64,000 bases of DNA from an uncultured Actinomycetes bacterium (GTDB lineage Bacteria; Actinomycetota; Acidimicrobiia; IMCC26256; PALSA-610). Under the pieces are notes generated by a model. It saw nothing but the letters and a program-made list of their open reading frames with translations, made no database searches and had not been told where the DNA came from. Below are positions 29,806-38,228 of the stretch, one piece after another (the stretch's first letter is position 1; the number at the start of each line of letters is the position of its first letter). Location of the stretch: assembly GCA_963782465.1 (NCBI GenBank), contig CAWAJR010000007.1, forward strand, positions 279,558 to 343,557. Direction: 5' to 3'. The position numbers were made by a program, and so were the translations under genes.

Positions 29806-30133
29806 CAGGGAGATCGGGGAGCCCGCGCCAGGCCCGGAAGAGGCCCCACGGGTAGATCCCGGTGGCGTGACCGTCGTTCCAGGTGATCGTCAGGCCCCAC
29901 GCACCGACGAGCTCACCGGTGACTGCGACCAGCGGTCGGGGAGAGGTCGGTTTGGGCCACGCGGGCAGGTGCTGCTCCCGCAATCCTCGGCACTCGGCGC
30001 ACGGGCAGTTGACCCGGAGTTCCTCGAGCGTGAACTCGGCGGTGCTGCCGTCGGACCAGACGAGGGTCAGGCCGCGCTCGCGGTCGAGTTCGAGCGTGTC
30101 GGGGGCCGGAGCGTCGGGGAGATCGAGAGGCAC
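29795..30133 (-). CDS. DUF971 domain protein (gamma-butyrobetaine hydroxylase-like N-terminal domain)
   Basis: LTLVWSDGSTAEFTLEELRVNCPCAECRG ... LTITWNDGHATGIYPWGLF is the DUF971 pattern. Only the last 112 codons of the 398-aa track ORF look real. GTG 30133. Confidence 0.7.
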   Translation of the reverse strand: MPLDLPDAPAPDTLELDRERGLTLVWSDGSTAEFTLEELRVNCPCAECRGLREQHLPAWPKPTSPRPLVAVTGELVGAWGLTITWNDGHATGIYPWGLFRAWRGLPDLPAGL

Positions 30134-30178
30134 CGTCGCAGTCTCGCGAAACGCGGCCCGGCACGCGACAATGCCCTG

Positions 30179-30499
30179 GTGGCAACCCCGCGACTCTCCG
30201 ACGCCGAGATCACGGCGGCGCTCGCCGAGCTTCCCGGTTGGGTGCGGGGCGGGGCGGGCGCGGGCGAGGGCGCCGATATGATCGTGAAGGAGTTCGCAAG
30301 GCCGACGTTCCCCGACGCGATCGCGTTCGTCGTTCGGGTCGGGTTCCTCGCCGAGCAGGCCGACCATCATCCCGACCTCGATATCCGCTGGCGCACCGTG
30401 CGAGTCGCGTTGTCGACGCACGACGCCGGCGGCCTCACCGCAAAAGATGTTGCGCTCGCGGGCGAGATCGAATCGGTTGCATCCGCAGGAGGTGCGTGA
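30179..30499 (+). CDS. 4a-hydroxytetrahydrobiopterin (pterin-4a-carbinolamine) dehydratase
   Basis: LSDAEITAALAELPGW ... FPDAIAFVVRVGFLAEQADHHPDLDIRWRTVRVALSTHDAGGLT is typical PCD/DCoH sequence. In-frame GTG 30179. Confidence 0.8.
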   Translation: MATPRLSDAEITAALAELPGWVRGGAGAGEGADMIVKEFARPTFPDAIAFVVRVGFLAEQADHHPDLDIRWRTVRVALSTHDAGGLTAKDVALAGEIESVASAGGA

Positions 30500-30943
30500 A
30501 TGCCGCTGTTCATCGCGTTGGGCGCGCTGGGCGTGTTGTTGCTCTTCTTCTTCTGGGCGATGACCAAGGAGGAGCCGCCGGCGCCCGAAGATGTCGCGAT
30601 CGCGTACGAGATGGCGTGGGACCGGCTCGACTTCTCGTTGATGTTCGACGTGTGCGGTTCGGAGTTGCGAGAGGGGATGCGCCGCGACGGGTTCATCCAG
30701 ATGAAGCGCAAGGCCTACGGCGATCACCCGGCGCATCGCATCGGCGCGCAGATCGAGGTCGAGACGTCGGTGCTCGGCGACGACACCGCGCTCGTCATCA
30801 CTCGGGTGTCGACCCCCGAGAGTTCGGTGCCCAACAGCTGGGTTCGGAACAACGTGCTGTTGGAGAAGCGGGGCGGTTCCTGGGCCGTCGTCGGGTACAA
30901 CCTCCGGCCCGAACCGGAGCCCGAGCGAAGCCCGAACAGCTGA
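30500..30943 (+). CDS. membrane-anchored hypothetical protein
   Basis: ATG directly follows the upstream TGA. There is one N-terminal TM helix (LFIALGALGVLLLFFFWAM) and then a soluble domain. No family recognised. Confidence 0.55.
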   Translation: MPLFIALGALGVLLLFFFWAMTKEEPPAPEDVAIAYEMAWDRLDFSLMFDVCGSELREGMRRDGFIQMKRKAYGDHPAHRIGAQIEVETSVLGDDTALVITRVSTPESSVPNSWVRNNVLLEKRGGSWAVVGYNLRPEPEPERSPNS

Positions 30944-30953
30944 CCCGCGTTCC

Positions 30954-31364
30954 TCAGCCGCCGGCGAACGACCAGCCGCTGATCCGGGCAACCTCGATCA
31001 CGATCGCGGGACCGGCGGGCGTCGCGGCCGCGTATTGCTCGTACTTCGTGGCCAGCGCCCGTTCGTACGCGGCGGTCATCGGTTCGACGCGCGCGATGCC
31101 GTCTGCTCGCACCCACCACAGGTGTTGCCAGTCGTCGTCGTAGTGGTCGACGAGCAGGCAAACCTGCGGGTTCGCCCGGATGTTGGCGAGCCGTCGCAAT
31201 GCACGCGTCGATTTCGGTTTCGTGTCGTCGACCGCGGTGACGATCGTCGCGCCGAGGACCGCGAAGCACACCGGAACGATGTGCGGCGAGCCGCCGGCGC
31301 GTACTGAAGCGAGCCGTGCGACGCGAGCTTCGAGAAGATGCCGCCGCGACGTTCGATCGTCCAT
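30954..31364 (-). CDS. PPOX-class F420-dependent oxidoreductase (TIGR03668-like)
   Basis: ARVARLASVRAGGSPHIVPVCFAV ... VTAVDDTKPKSTRALRRLANIRANPQVCLLVDHYDDDWQHLWWVRADG. Confidence 0.75.
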   Translation of the reverse strand: MDDRTSRRHLLEARVARLASVRAGGSPHIVPVCFAVLGATIVTAVDDTKPKSTRALRRLANIRANPQVCLLVDHYDDDWQHLWWVRADGIARVEPMTAAYERALATKYEQYAAATPAGPAIVIEVARISGWSFAGG

Positions 31365-31401
31365 CGGCAGGCATTGAACCAGCCGTGGGAGGATCGGGCG
31401 C

Positions 31402-31959
31402 ATGGTCGGCGGACTCCTGCTCACCGGCGGTTCGAGCCGCCGGCTCGGCACCGACAAGGCAACGCTCCCGTTTCGCGGCGAAACGCTCGCAGCGCGGGCG
31501 GCGCGGGTTCTCACCGTGGTGTGCGAAACGGTGGTCGAGGTCGGGCCGGGGGTCACCGCGCTGCCCGCGGTCCGCGAAACACCGCCCGGGTCGGGGCCGC
31601 TCGCGGCGATGGTCGCGGGCGCGAGCGCGCTCGGTACGGCCCCGTTCTTGCTGCTCGCGTGCGACATGCCGTTCGTCGAGGTCCCGCTGCTCGACTTCCT
31701 CGCGCGGTACCCGGGCGACGGTGCCGTCGTGCCGGTCGCCGGCGGGCGCCCGCAGTACACGTGCGCGCGTTACGGCACCGCGTCGGTCGTGGAGGCGCTC
31801 GGAGTGCTCCGAACCGGTCGGGGCGGCTTCAAAGACCTGCGCGGGAGCATCGAACCGATTCCGGAAGCCGAGTGGCGGCGCGTCGCCCCCGCGGATGCGT
31901 TCACCGACATCGACACGCCCGGCGATCTTGCCCGTTTCGGTTCGGAGCACCCCCGGTAG
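31402..31959 (+). CDS. mobA: molybdenum cofactor guanylyltransferase
   Basis: GLLLTGGSSRRLGTDKATL ... PGSGPLAAM ... LLACDMPF are MobA motifs. GGGAGGA SD. Confidence 0.8.
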   Translation: MVGGLLLTGGSSRRLGTDKATLPFRGETLAARAARVLTVVCETVVEVGPGVTALPAVRETPPGSGPLAAMVAGASALGTAPFLLLACDMPFVEVPLLDFLARYPGDGAVVPVAGGRPQYTCARYGTASVVEALGVLRTGRGGFKDLRGSIEPIPEAEWRRVAPADAFTDIDTPGDLARFGSEHPR

Positions 31960-31968
31960 CGTGGGCAG

Positions 31969-32817
31969 ATGACGTTCGACGCGACACCGGTGCGGCGGCC
32001 GACCACCGCTGCCCAGGTGGTCGCGGTCCACGACCGACGCGCCGATCGGCGTCCCGACCGGCTCGTGACCGAGGAGCCGATGGAGATCCGACTTCACGGG
32101 CCCGGGGAGGAGCCGGCCGCCGTCGCGATCACCATGCGTACTCCGGGCAACGACTTCGAGCTCGCGGTCGGGTTCTGTGCCACCGAAGGGTTGCTGGAGC
32201 GGCACGACGACCTCGCGTCGGCGGCGTACTGCCTCGCGGGCGAAGGTGAGCAGCAATTCAACATCGTCACCGTGAAGCGCCGTTCCCCGGCGGTCGGGTC
32301 GATCACACCGCGCAATTTCGTGGCCAACGCCGCGTGTGGTCTTTGCGGCAAGGCCGCCCTCGACGATGTCGAGCAGCGGGTCGCGCCAGTCGGCGCGGGG
32401 CCCGTCGTGCCTGCGTCGGTGCTCCTGTCGCTGCCCGGGCGGCTCGCCGAGCACCAGCAGGTGTTCGACGCGACCGGCGGGCTACATGCGGCGGCGCGGT
32501 TCTCGGCCGGCGGCACGCTCCTCGCATCGCGCGAAGACGTCGGTCGGCACAACGCGCTCGACAAGCTCATCGGCCACGCGTTCCTCGAAGACGCGCTGCC
32601 GCTCTCCGGCCAGATCGTGCTCGTCTCCGGCAGGGTGAGTTTCGAACTCGTGCAGAAGGCCGCGATCGCCGGTGTGCCCGTCCTGTGTGCGGTGTCGGCG
32701 CCGTCGAGCTTGGCGGTGCAGGCGGCCGAGCGGTTCGGTCAGACGATCGTGGGCTTCCTGCGCGACGACCGGTTCAACGTCTACACGCATCCTGAGCGAG
32801 TCGGTACGGGCGCGTGA
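31969..32817 (+). CDS. fdhD: formate dehydrogenase accessory sulfurtransferase FdhD
   Basis: MRTPGNDFELAVGF ... ACGLCGK ... GGLHAAA ... REDVGRHNALDKLIG ... VSGRVSFELVQKAA. Confidence 0.9.
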   Translation: MTFDATPVRRPTTAAQVVAVHDRRADRRPDRLVTEEPMEIRLHGPGEEPAAVAITMRTPGNDFELAVGFCATEGLLERHDDLASAAYCLAGEGEQQFNIVTVKRRSPAVGSITPRNFVANAACGLCGKAALDDVEQRVAPVGAGPVVPASVLLSLPGRLAEHQQVFDATGGLHAAARFSAGGTLLASREDVGRHNALDKLIGHAFLEDALPLSGQIVLVSGRVSFELVQKAAIAGVPVLCAVSAPSSLAVQAAERFGQTIVGFLRDDRFNVYTHPERVGTGA

Positions 32818-35099
32818 AGTTCGGCCGGCGCCGCCGCGCGACCAATCTCGTGAAGACACCGAAGCGCCTGCGGCGCGATCTGTGGGTCGGTTACGCGCCC
32901 TACGGCGCCGGTGCGACGAAGCCGAACGCCTACGCCGACATCGTTCGCACCATCTGGAGGAACCGTCGCAGCCTCCCGTACGCGTCGCGCATCCTGCGCA
33001 AAGGTGTGTGCGACGGCTGCGCGCTCGGGGTCGCGGGGTTCCACGACTGGACGATGAGCGGCGTTCATCTCTGCGCGACTCGTCTGCAGTTGCTCGAAGT
33101 CAACACGATGGGCCCGATCGCGAGCGGCGCGCTCGACGACGTCGCGTCGCTGCGCCGCCTCCCCGGTCGCGAACTGCGCGAACTCGGTCGCCTGGCGTAC
33201 CCGATGGTGCGCCATCGCGGCGACCGCGGGTTCCGGCGCATCGGTTGGGACGAAGCGCTGGCGCTCGTCGCGTCGCGTATCCGTGAAGCCGGGCCCGATC
33301 GCATCGGCGTCTATCTCACCGCGCGTGGCATCACGAACGAGTCGTACTACGCCGCCCAGAAGGCCGTCCGGTTCATCGGTTCGAACAACATCGACAACGC
33401 GGCGCGCGTGTGCCACGCGCCGTCGACGAGCGCCTTGAAGAAAGCGATCGGTGCCGCAGCCACCACCTGTTCGTACCGCGACGTTATCGAGAGCGACCTG
33501 GTGGTGTTGTTCGGTTCCGACGTCGCGAACGCGCAACCGGTGTTCATGAAGTACCTCTACCTTGCGCGCAAGCGGGGTACGAAGGTCGTCGTGGTCAACC
33601 CGTTCCGCGAGCCGGGGTTGGAGCGCTACTGGGTGCCGTCCAACGTCGAGAGCGCGATGTTCGGCACGAAGATGGCCGACGAGTTCTTTGCCGTGCACAC
33701 CGGCGGCGACATCGCGTTCATCAACGGCGTGCTCAAGTGCCTGCTCGCGATCGGAGGCGTCGACAAGGCCTTCGTCACCGATCACACGACGGGCTTCGAC
33801 GCGTTGCTGGCTGAACTCGAAGAAGAATCCTTCACGACGCTCGAAGCGAGGTCGGGCGCGACACGGGCCGACATGCAACGCTTCGCGGAGCTGTACGCCG
33901 CGGCCGGCCGCGCGGTGCTCGTCTGGTCGATGGGGATCACCCAACACGCGCACGGCACCGAGAATGTCGCCGCGGTCGTCAACCTCGGTCTCGCGCGCGG
34001 GAACGTCGGCCGCCCGGGCGCCGGGCTCATGCCGATCCGCGGGCACTCCGGTGTGCAGGGCGGCGCGGAGATGGGCGCGTACGCGACGGCGTTCCCCGGC
34101 GGTGTGGCCATCGACGCCGAGTCGGCCCGTGCGCTGGAAGAACAATGGGGGTTCGCCGTTCCCGACCGGCCCGGCCTCGACGCCGCGGGCATGATCGACG
34201 CCGCCCGCCGGGGCGACCTCGACGTGCTCTACTCGAGCGGCGGGAACTTCCTCGACGTGTTGCCGCAACCGTCGGCCGTCGAGGTGACGCTCGCCCGCAC
34301 GCCGCTGCGCGTGCACCAGGACATCTTCCTCTCGACGCAGATGTTGGTGGAACCCGGCGAGACCGTCGTGCTCCTCCCGGCCGCGACCCGCTACGAGCAG
34401 CGCGGCGGCGGTACGTCGACCACGACCGAGCGGCGCGTCGCGTTCAGCCCCGAGATCCCCGGCCCCCGGGTGGGTGAAGCCCGTGCCGAATGGGAGATCT
34501 TCCTCGACTTGGCGCGGCGCGTACACCCGGAGCGTGCTTCGCGGCTCGGCTGCGACGACGCAGCTGCGATACGCGCCGAGATCGCGCGTGTGGTGCCGGC
34601 GTACGCGGGCATCGAACGGTTGTCCCGAACCGGCGACCAGGTGCAATGGGGTGGCGAGCGGCTGTGCGACGGGTGGAAGTTCGGCACCGCCGACGGTCTC
34701 GCGCATTTCTCCGTATGCGTACCGCCCGAGCGTGACCTGCGCGACGGGCGCTTCACACTCTCGACCCGACGCGGCAAGCAGTTCAATTCGATGGTATGGA
34801 ACGCGAAGGACCCCCTCACCGGCGCCGGCCGTGACGCGCTGTTCATCGCCGAGCTCGACGCGCAGCGTCTCGGTGTGCACGAAGGCGAGCCGGTGCTCGT
34901 CCGTTCGTCGCACGGCGAGATGTGCGCGCGCATCCACATCGCGGCCATCCGGCCTGGCAACGTGCAAGCGTTCTTCCCGGAAGCGAACGTCGTGCTGCCG
35001 GCCGGGCGGCGCGACGCGTCGGGCGTGCCCGACTACAACGCGATCGTCGAAGTTGTCCCTTCCCGCACCCTCCCGAAGCAGGAAGTCGCCCGCCCATGA
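32814..35099 (+). CDS. FdhF/YdeP-family molybdopterin oxidoreductase
   Basis: GTGA overlap with fdhD. KGVCDGCALGVAGFHDWTMSG ... ARVCHAPS ... GITQH ... MPIRGHSGVQGG is typical of the YdeP subfamily. Confidence 0.85.
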   Translation: MKFGRRRRATNLVKTPKRLRRDLWVGYAPYGAGATKPNAYADIVRTIWRNRRSLPYASRILRKGVCDGCALGVAGFHDWTMSGVHLCATRLQLLEVNTMGPIASGALDDVASLRRLPGRELRELGRLAYPMVRHRGDRGFRRIGWDEALALVASRIREAGPDRIGVYLTARGITNESYYAAQKAVRFIGSNNIDNAARVCHAPSTSALKKAIGAAATTCSYRDVIESDLVVLFGSDVANAQPVFMKYLYLARKRGTKVVVVNPFREPGLERYWVPSNVESAMFGTKMADEFFAVHTGGDIAFINGVLKCLLAIGGVDKAFVTDHTTGFDALLAELEEESFTTLEARSGATRADMQRFAELYAAAGRAVLVWSMGITQHAHGTENVAAVVNLGLARGNVGRPGAGLMPIRGHSGVQGGAEMGAYATAFPGGVAIDAESARALEEQWGFAVPDRPGLDAAGMIDAARRGDLDVLYSSGGNFLDVLPQPSAVEVTLARTPLRVHQDIFLSTQMLVEPGETVVLLPAATRYEQRGGGTSTTTERRVAFSPEIPGPRVGEARAEWEIFLDLARRVHPERASRLGCDDAAAIRAEIARVVPAYAGIERLSRTGDQVQWGGERLCDGWKFGTADGLAHFSVCVPPERDLRDGRFTLSTRRGKQFNSMVWNAKDPLTGAGRDALFIAELDAQRLGVHEGEPVLVRSSHGEMCARIHIAAIRPGNVQAFFPEANVVLPAGRRDASGVPDYNAIVEVVPSRTLPKQEVARP

Positions 35100-35845
35100 C
35101 CCCCGACGACATCCTCGACCTGTTCGAGGCGGCCGCGCGCGCCGTCTCCGACACCGTGTCGGCCATCCCGCGGGCCGACATCCGCGCGAAGACCGGCCGT
35201 CCCGGCCAGTACGCGCTCGACGTGCTCGCCGACCAGGCCGCGCTCGGGGTGCTGCGCCGCGCGCCGGTGCACGTCGTGAGCGAAGAGTCAGGGGAGAGTG
35301 GTGCTCCCGACGCCGACATCACGGTGGTGATCGACCCGGTCGACGGTTCCACCAACTGCTCACGCGGGATCACCTACTGGGCGACATCGCTGTGCGCAGT
35401 CGACAAGAACGGCCCGCTGGCCGCGTTCGTCGTGAACCAGGCGAGCCGCGACTACATGACCGCCGTTCGCGGCGGCGGCGCGTACCGCAACGGTCAACGC
35501 GTGCAGGCGTCGAGACGGACGCGTGTCGAAGATTCGGTCGTCGCGCTCGCCGGCCTCCCGGCGCGCATCCTGCCGTGGCAGCAATTCCGGGCCCTCGGTT
35601 CGGCCGCGCTCGCCTTGTGCGACGTCGCGTGCGGGGGGATCGACGGTTACGTCGACGGTGGCCAGTTCCACGCGCCGTGGGACTACCTCGGCGGCTACCT
35701 CATGTGCCTCGAGGCAGGCGCGACGGTGATCGACTGGGGTGGCCAACCGCTCGCGACCACTGCGCACCAGGCCCGGCGGCAACTGATCGCGGCGGGGACG
35801 CGTGAATTGCTCGACGCGCTGAAACCGGCGGCGGGGAAGCGGTGA
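35096..35845 (+). CDS. inositol monophosphatase family protein (paralogue 1)
   Basis: ATGA overlap with the upstream stop. SEESG ... VVIDPVDGSTN ... WDYLGG are IMPase motifs. Confidence 0.8.
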   Translation: MTPDDILDLFEAAARAVSDTVSAIPRADIRAKTGRPGQYALDVLADQAALGVLRRAPVHVVSEESGESGAPDADITVVIDPVDGSTNCSRGITYWATSLCAVDKNGPLAAFVVNQASRDYMTAVRGGGAYRNGQRVQASRRTRVEDSVVALAGLPARILPWQQFRALGSAALALCDVACGGIDGYVDGGQFHAPWDYLGGYLMCLEAGATVIDWGGQPLATTAHQARRQLIAAGTRELLDALKPAAGKR

Positions 35846-36651
35846 GCGAACTCGACCTGGTCGCCTTACGCGACGCGGCGGAACTTGCCGCGCTCGCCGG
35901 CGGGACGATCGTCGCCGACAACTTCGGCGCGGCCCGAGATGTTCGCGCCAAGGCGCCGGGCGACTGGGTGAGCGAGGTCGACATCAACAGCGAAGCCGCG
36001 ATCCGCCGTGTCCTCACTCGCGAGACCGGCCTGCCCGTGTTCGGTGAGGAAGCAGGCGGCGAGCGCGCCGACCTCGGCTGGCTGGTCGACCCACTCGACG
36101 GCACATCGAACTTCCTGCACGGGCTCGAAGCGGTCGGGGTTTCGGTCGCGCTCGTCCGCGACGGCCAACCGATCGTCGGTGTGGTGCACGCCCCGCTGCT
36201 CACGCGTACCTACTGTGCGGTCCTCGGCGGGGGCGCGGCGCGCGACGGGAAACCGATCAGGACGAGCGGGCGCGACCCCGGGAGCGCGATCTGCGCGACG
36301 GGTTTCCCGTTCCGCAGCCACGAGGTGCTGCCGCAGTACCTGGCGATGTTCGGCGCCGCGCTGCGTCGCTTCGAAGACCTGCGCCGGATCGGGGGCGCGT
36401 CGCTCGACCTGTGCTGGACCGCCGAAGGGGTGTTCGACGGCTACTTCGAGTTGAACCTCGGGCCGTGGGACGTCGCCGCCGGCGCGTTGATCGTGCGCGA
36501 AGCGGGCGGCGTGGTCACCGACTGGCACGGCGACGACCGCAACTGGCTCGGCACCGGCAACATCCTTGCCGGGCCGCCGCCCGTGCACGCGACCCTGCGG
36601 GAACTCGCCGACGCCACCGGCAGCGCCGACGTTCCGGGCCGCCCCGGGTGA
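35842..36651 (+). CDS. inositol monophosphatase family protein (paralogue 2, SuhB-like)
   Basis: GTGA overlap with the upstream stop. GEEAGG ... WLVDPLDGTSNF ... GASLDLCWTAEG ... WDVAAG. Confidence 0.85.
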   Translation: MSELDLVALRDAAELAALAGGTIVADNFGAARDVRAKAPGDWVSEVDINSEAAIRRVLTRETGLPVFGEEAGGERADLGWLVDPLDGTSNFLHGLEAVGVSVALVRDGQPIVGVVHAPLLTRTYCAVLGGGAARDGKPIRTSGRDPGSAICATGFPFRSHEVLPQYLAMFGAALRRFEDLRRIGGASLDLCWTAEGVFDGYFELNLGPWDVAAGALIVREAGGVVTDWHGDDRNWLGTGNILAGPPPVHATLRELADATGSADVPGRPG

Positions 36652-36715
36652 CGCCGGAACGGCCCCGACGTGCGTCGCGAGACCGGAAATCGTCCGGGGC
36701 AGCGACGCACCACCG

Positions 36716-36730
36716 GAAATTCGGTTGACC
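36716..36730 (+). promoter_or_regulatory. candidate whiB7 promoter: A/T patch plus -35-like hexamer
   Basis: GAAATT-CGG-TTGACC (TTGACC at 36725-36730). I could not identify a clear TANNNT -10 at 16-18 nt. Placement rests on analogy to known whiB7 promoters. Confidence 0.35.
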
Positions 36731-36798
36731 CGATTTCCCTGGCGTGATCTGATCTTCTCTCCGGAACTCCCGCCGCGAGGCGCGAGCCGTGGCCCACA

Positions 36799-36828
36799 GC
36801 AGTACGAACCACCGCAGTACGAACCACC
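36799..36828. repeat. perfect 15-bp tandem direct repeat (x2) in the whiB7 leader
   Basis: GCAGTACGAACCACC GCAGTACGAACCACC. Confidence 0.9.
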
Positions 36829-36862
36829 GACACGACCGAACGACACGAGGGATCGGCGAGGG

Positions 36863-37036
36863 ATGACGACGAGCTACGCGAACCAAGCCATGGGCATGGT
36901 CCACGCGAACGCCGTCGCGCGCCTCACGCTCCACGTGTGCGCCGCCCCGGCAGGACAGTGGTCGCCGATTCCGGCATTTTCGACCACCGACCGTAAGCCC
37001 GAAAGGCTCCGGCGGACCCCGGTATGCACGACGTAG
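36863..37036 (+). CDS. upstream ORF (57 aa) in the whiB7 leader
   Basis: ATG follows GGCGAGGG. Product is MTTSYANQAMGMVHANAVARLTLHVCAAPAGQWSPIPAFSTTDRKPERLRRTPVCTT. It ends 27 nt before the terminator stem. Confidence 0.45.
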   Translation: MTTSYANQAMGMVHANAVARLTLHVCAAPAGQWSPIPAFSTTDRKPERLRRTPVCTT

Positions 37037-37063
37037 CCCACCAGCTACAGAGTGACTTCACCA

Positions 37064-37097
37064 GGCCGTCGGGGCAGACCCGGCGGCCTTTTTGTTT
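37064..37097 (+). terminator. intrinsic terminator / attenuator in the whiB7 leader
   Basis: GGCCGTCGGG-GCAGA-CCCGGCGGCC (10 bp, one G-U) followed by TTTTTGTTT, 92 nt upstream of the whiB7 ATG. Confidence 0.7.
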
Positions 37098-37189
37098 GCC
37101 CGATGACCCCCTTGCCAATCGAGCTACGAGACCGCAAATCGACGCAACCGACACGAAACGTACAGAGCTACAACGGGGAGACACCGGCG

Positions 37190-37528
37190 ATGTTCGCCAT
37201 CCAAGCGCTGATCAAGGAAGCCGAGGAATTCGAAGAGATACAGGAGCCTGACTGGCAGGCTCTGGCGCGCTGCAACGACGGCACCGGCTCGATGGTGGAG
37301 CTGTTCTTCTCGGAACAGCTCGACGACATCGCGGCCGCGAAGTCGTTCTGCCAGGAGTGCGACGTCAAGGACGACTGCCTGGCCGCGGCGCTCGACCGGC
37401 GCGAGCCGTGGGGGGTGTGGGGTGGCGAATTGTTCGTGAACGGCAAGGTCGTCGCCCAGAAGCGCAAGCGCGGTCGCCCGCCGAAGGTTCGTCCCGAGGC
37501 GGAACAGCCCGAAGCCCAGTCGGCGTAA
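37190..37528 (+). CDS. whiB7: WhiB7-type WhiB-family transcriptional regulator
   Basis: C-x25-C-x2-C-x5-C cluster (ARCNDG ... FCQECDVKDDC), EPWGVWGGELF, and a C-terminal AT-hook KRKRGRPPK. GGGGAG SD. Confidence 0.85.
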   Translation: MFAIQALIKEAEEFEEIQEPDWQALARCNDGTGSMVELFFSEQLDDIAAAKSFCQECDVKDDCLAAALDRREPWGVWGGELFVNGKVVAQKRKRGRPPKVRPEAEQPEAQSA

Positions 37529-37618
37529 GCGGCGAGCCTGCGAGCGCGACGGGGCGCAAGCGGCGAGCCTGCGAGCGCGACGGGGCGCAAGCGGCGAGCC
37601 TGCGAGCGCGACGGGGCG
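37527..37618. repeat. 31-bp tandem repeat, 3 copies, starting inside the whiB7 stop codon
   Basis: AAGCGGCGAGCCTGCGAGCGCGACGGGGCGC starts at 37527, 37558 and 37589. The third copy lacks its last base. Confidence 0.9.
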
Positions 37619-37718
37619 ACATTTCCCGGGCCGGGGCAACGAGGTGAGCGGCAGTTTCCCCCCACTGCCGCTTGCCAGCGAGCCCCGGCCTGGGCGTTTC
37701 TTCGGGCAAGATCTGGTC

Positions 37719-38181
37719 GTGACCGACGAACGGCCGGCGTTGCTCGTCTCGGCGTGCCTGCTCGGGACGTGCTGCAACCATCAAGGCTCACATTCGCTGC
37801 GCCCCGCAGTCGAAGTACTACGTGCCGGCTACCGGCTCGTGCCGATCTGCCCGGAAGTTGTCGGCGGGTTACCCACACCGAGGGCGGCCGCCGAGATCAC
37901 CGGCGGGAACGGTGCCGACGTCCTCGCCGGCCGCGGCACGGGTCGTCACCGGTGCCGGCGAAGATGTCACCGACGAGTACCGACGCGGTGCCGCAGCCGC
38001 GGTCGAACTCGCGGCCGCCGTCGATGCCCGCCGCGCGGTGTTGAAGGCGCGCAGCCCGTCGTGCGGCGCGAACGCGATCTACGACGGCACGTTCACCCGC
38101 TCGCTCACCGGCGGCGCCGGCGTCACCGCCGCCGCGCTGCGCGCCGCCGGGGTCGAAGTCGTCTCCGAAGAAGACTGCTGA
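37719..38181 (+). pseudogene. DUF523 (YbbK-like) protein, frameshifted as assembled
   Basis: ALLVSACLLGTCCNHQG ... VPICPEVVGGLPTPR continues in another frame as ARVVTGAGEDVTDEYRRGA ... LKARSPSCG. The junction is at about 37933-37936 (1 nt extra). The start (GTG 37719 or the upstream GTG at 37644) is uncertain. Confidence 0.7.
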
Positions 38182-38187
38182 CCACGT

Positions 38188-38224
38188 GCGTCGATAGCTA
38201 TCGCTATCCGATAGCTATCGACGC
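38188..38224. repeat. family-1 palindromic intergenic element, copy 2
   Basis: GCGTCGATAGCTATCG-CTATC-CGATAGCTATCGACGC has perfect 16-bp arms. It lies between the convergent stops at 38181 and 38229. It shares CCACxTGCGTCGATAGCTA with the copy at 4078. Confidence 0.8.
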
Positions 38225-38228
38225 CTGT

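Noticed and set aside
37527-37618. CRISPR-like array
   Set aside because: The 31-bp units are directly adjacent with no spacers, there are only three copies, and there are no cas genes.
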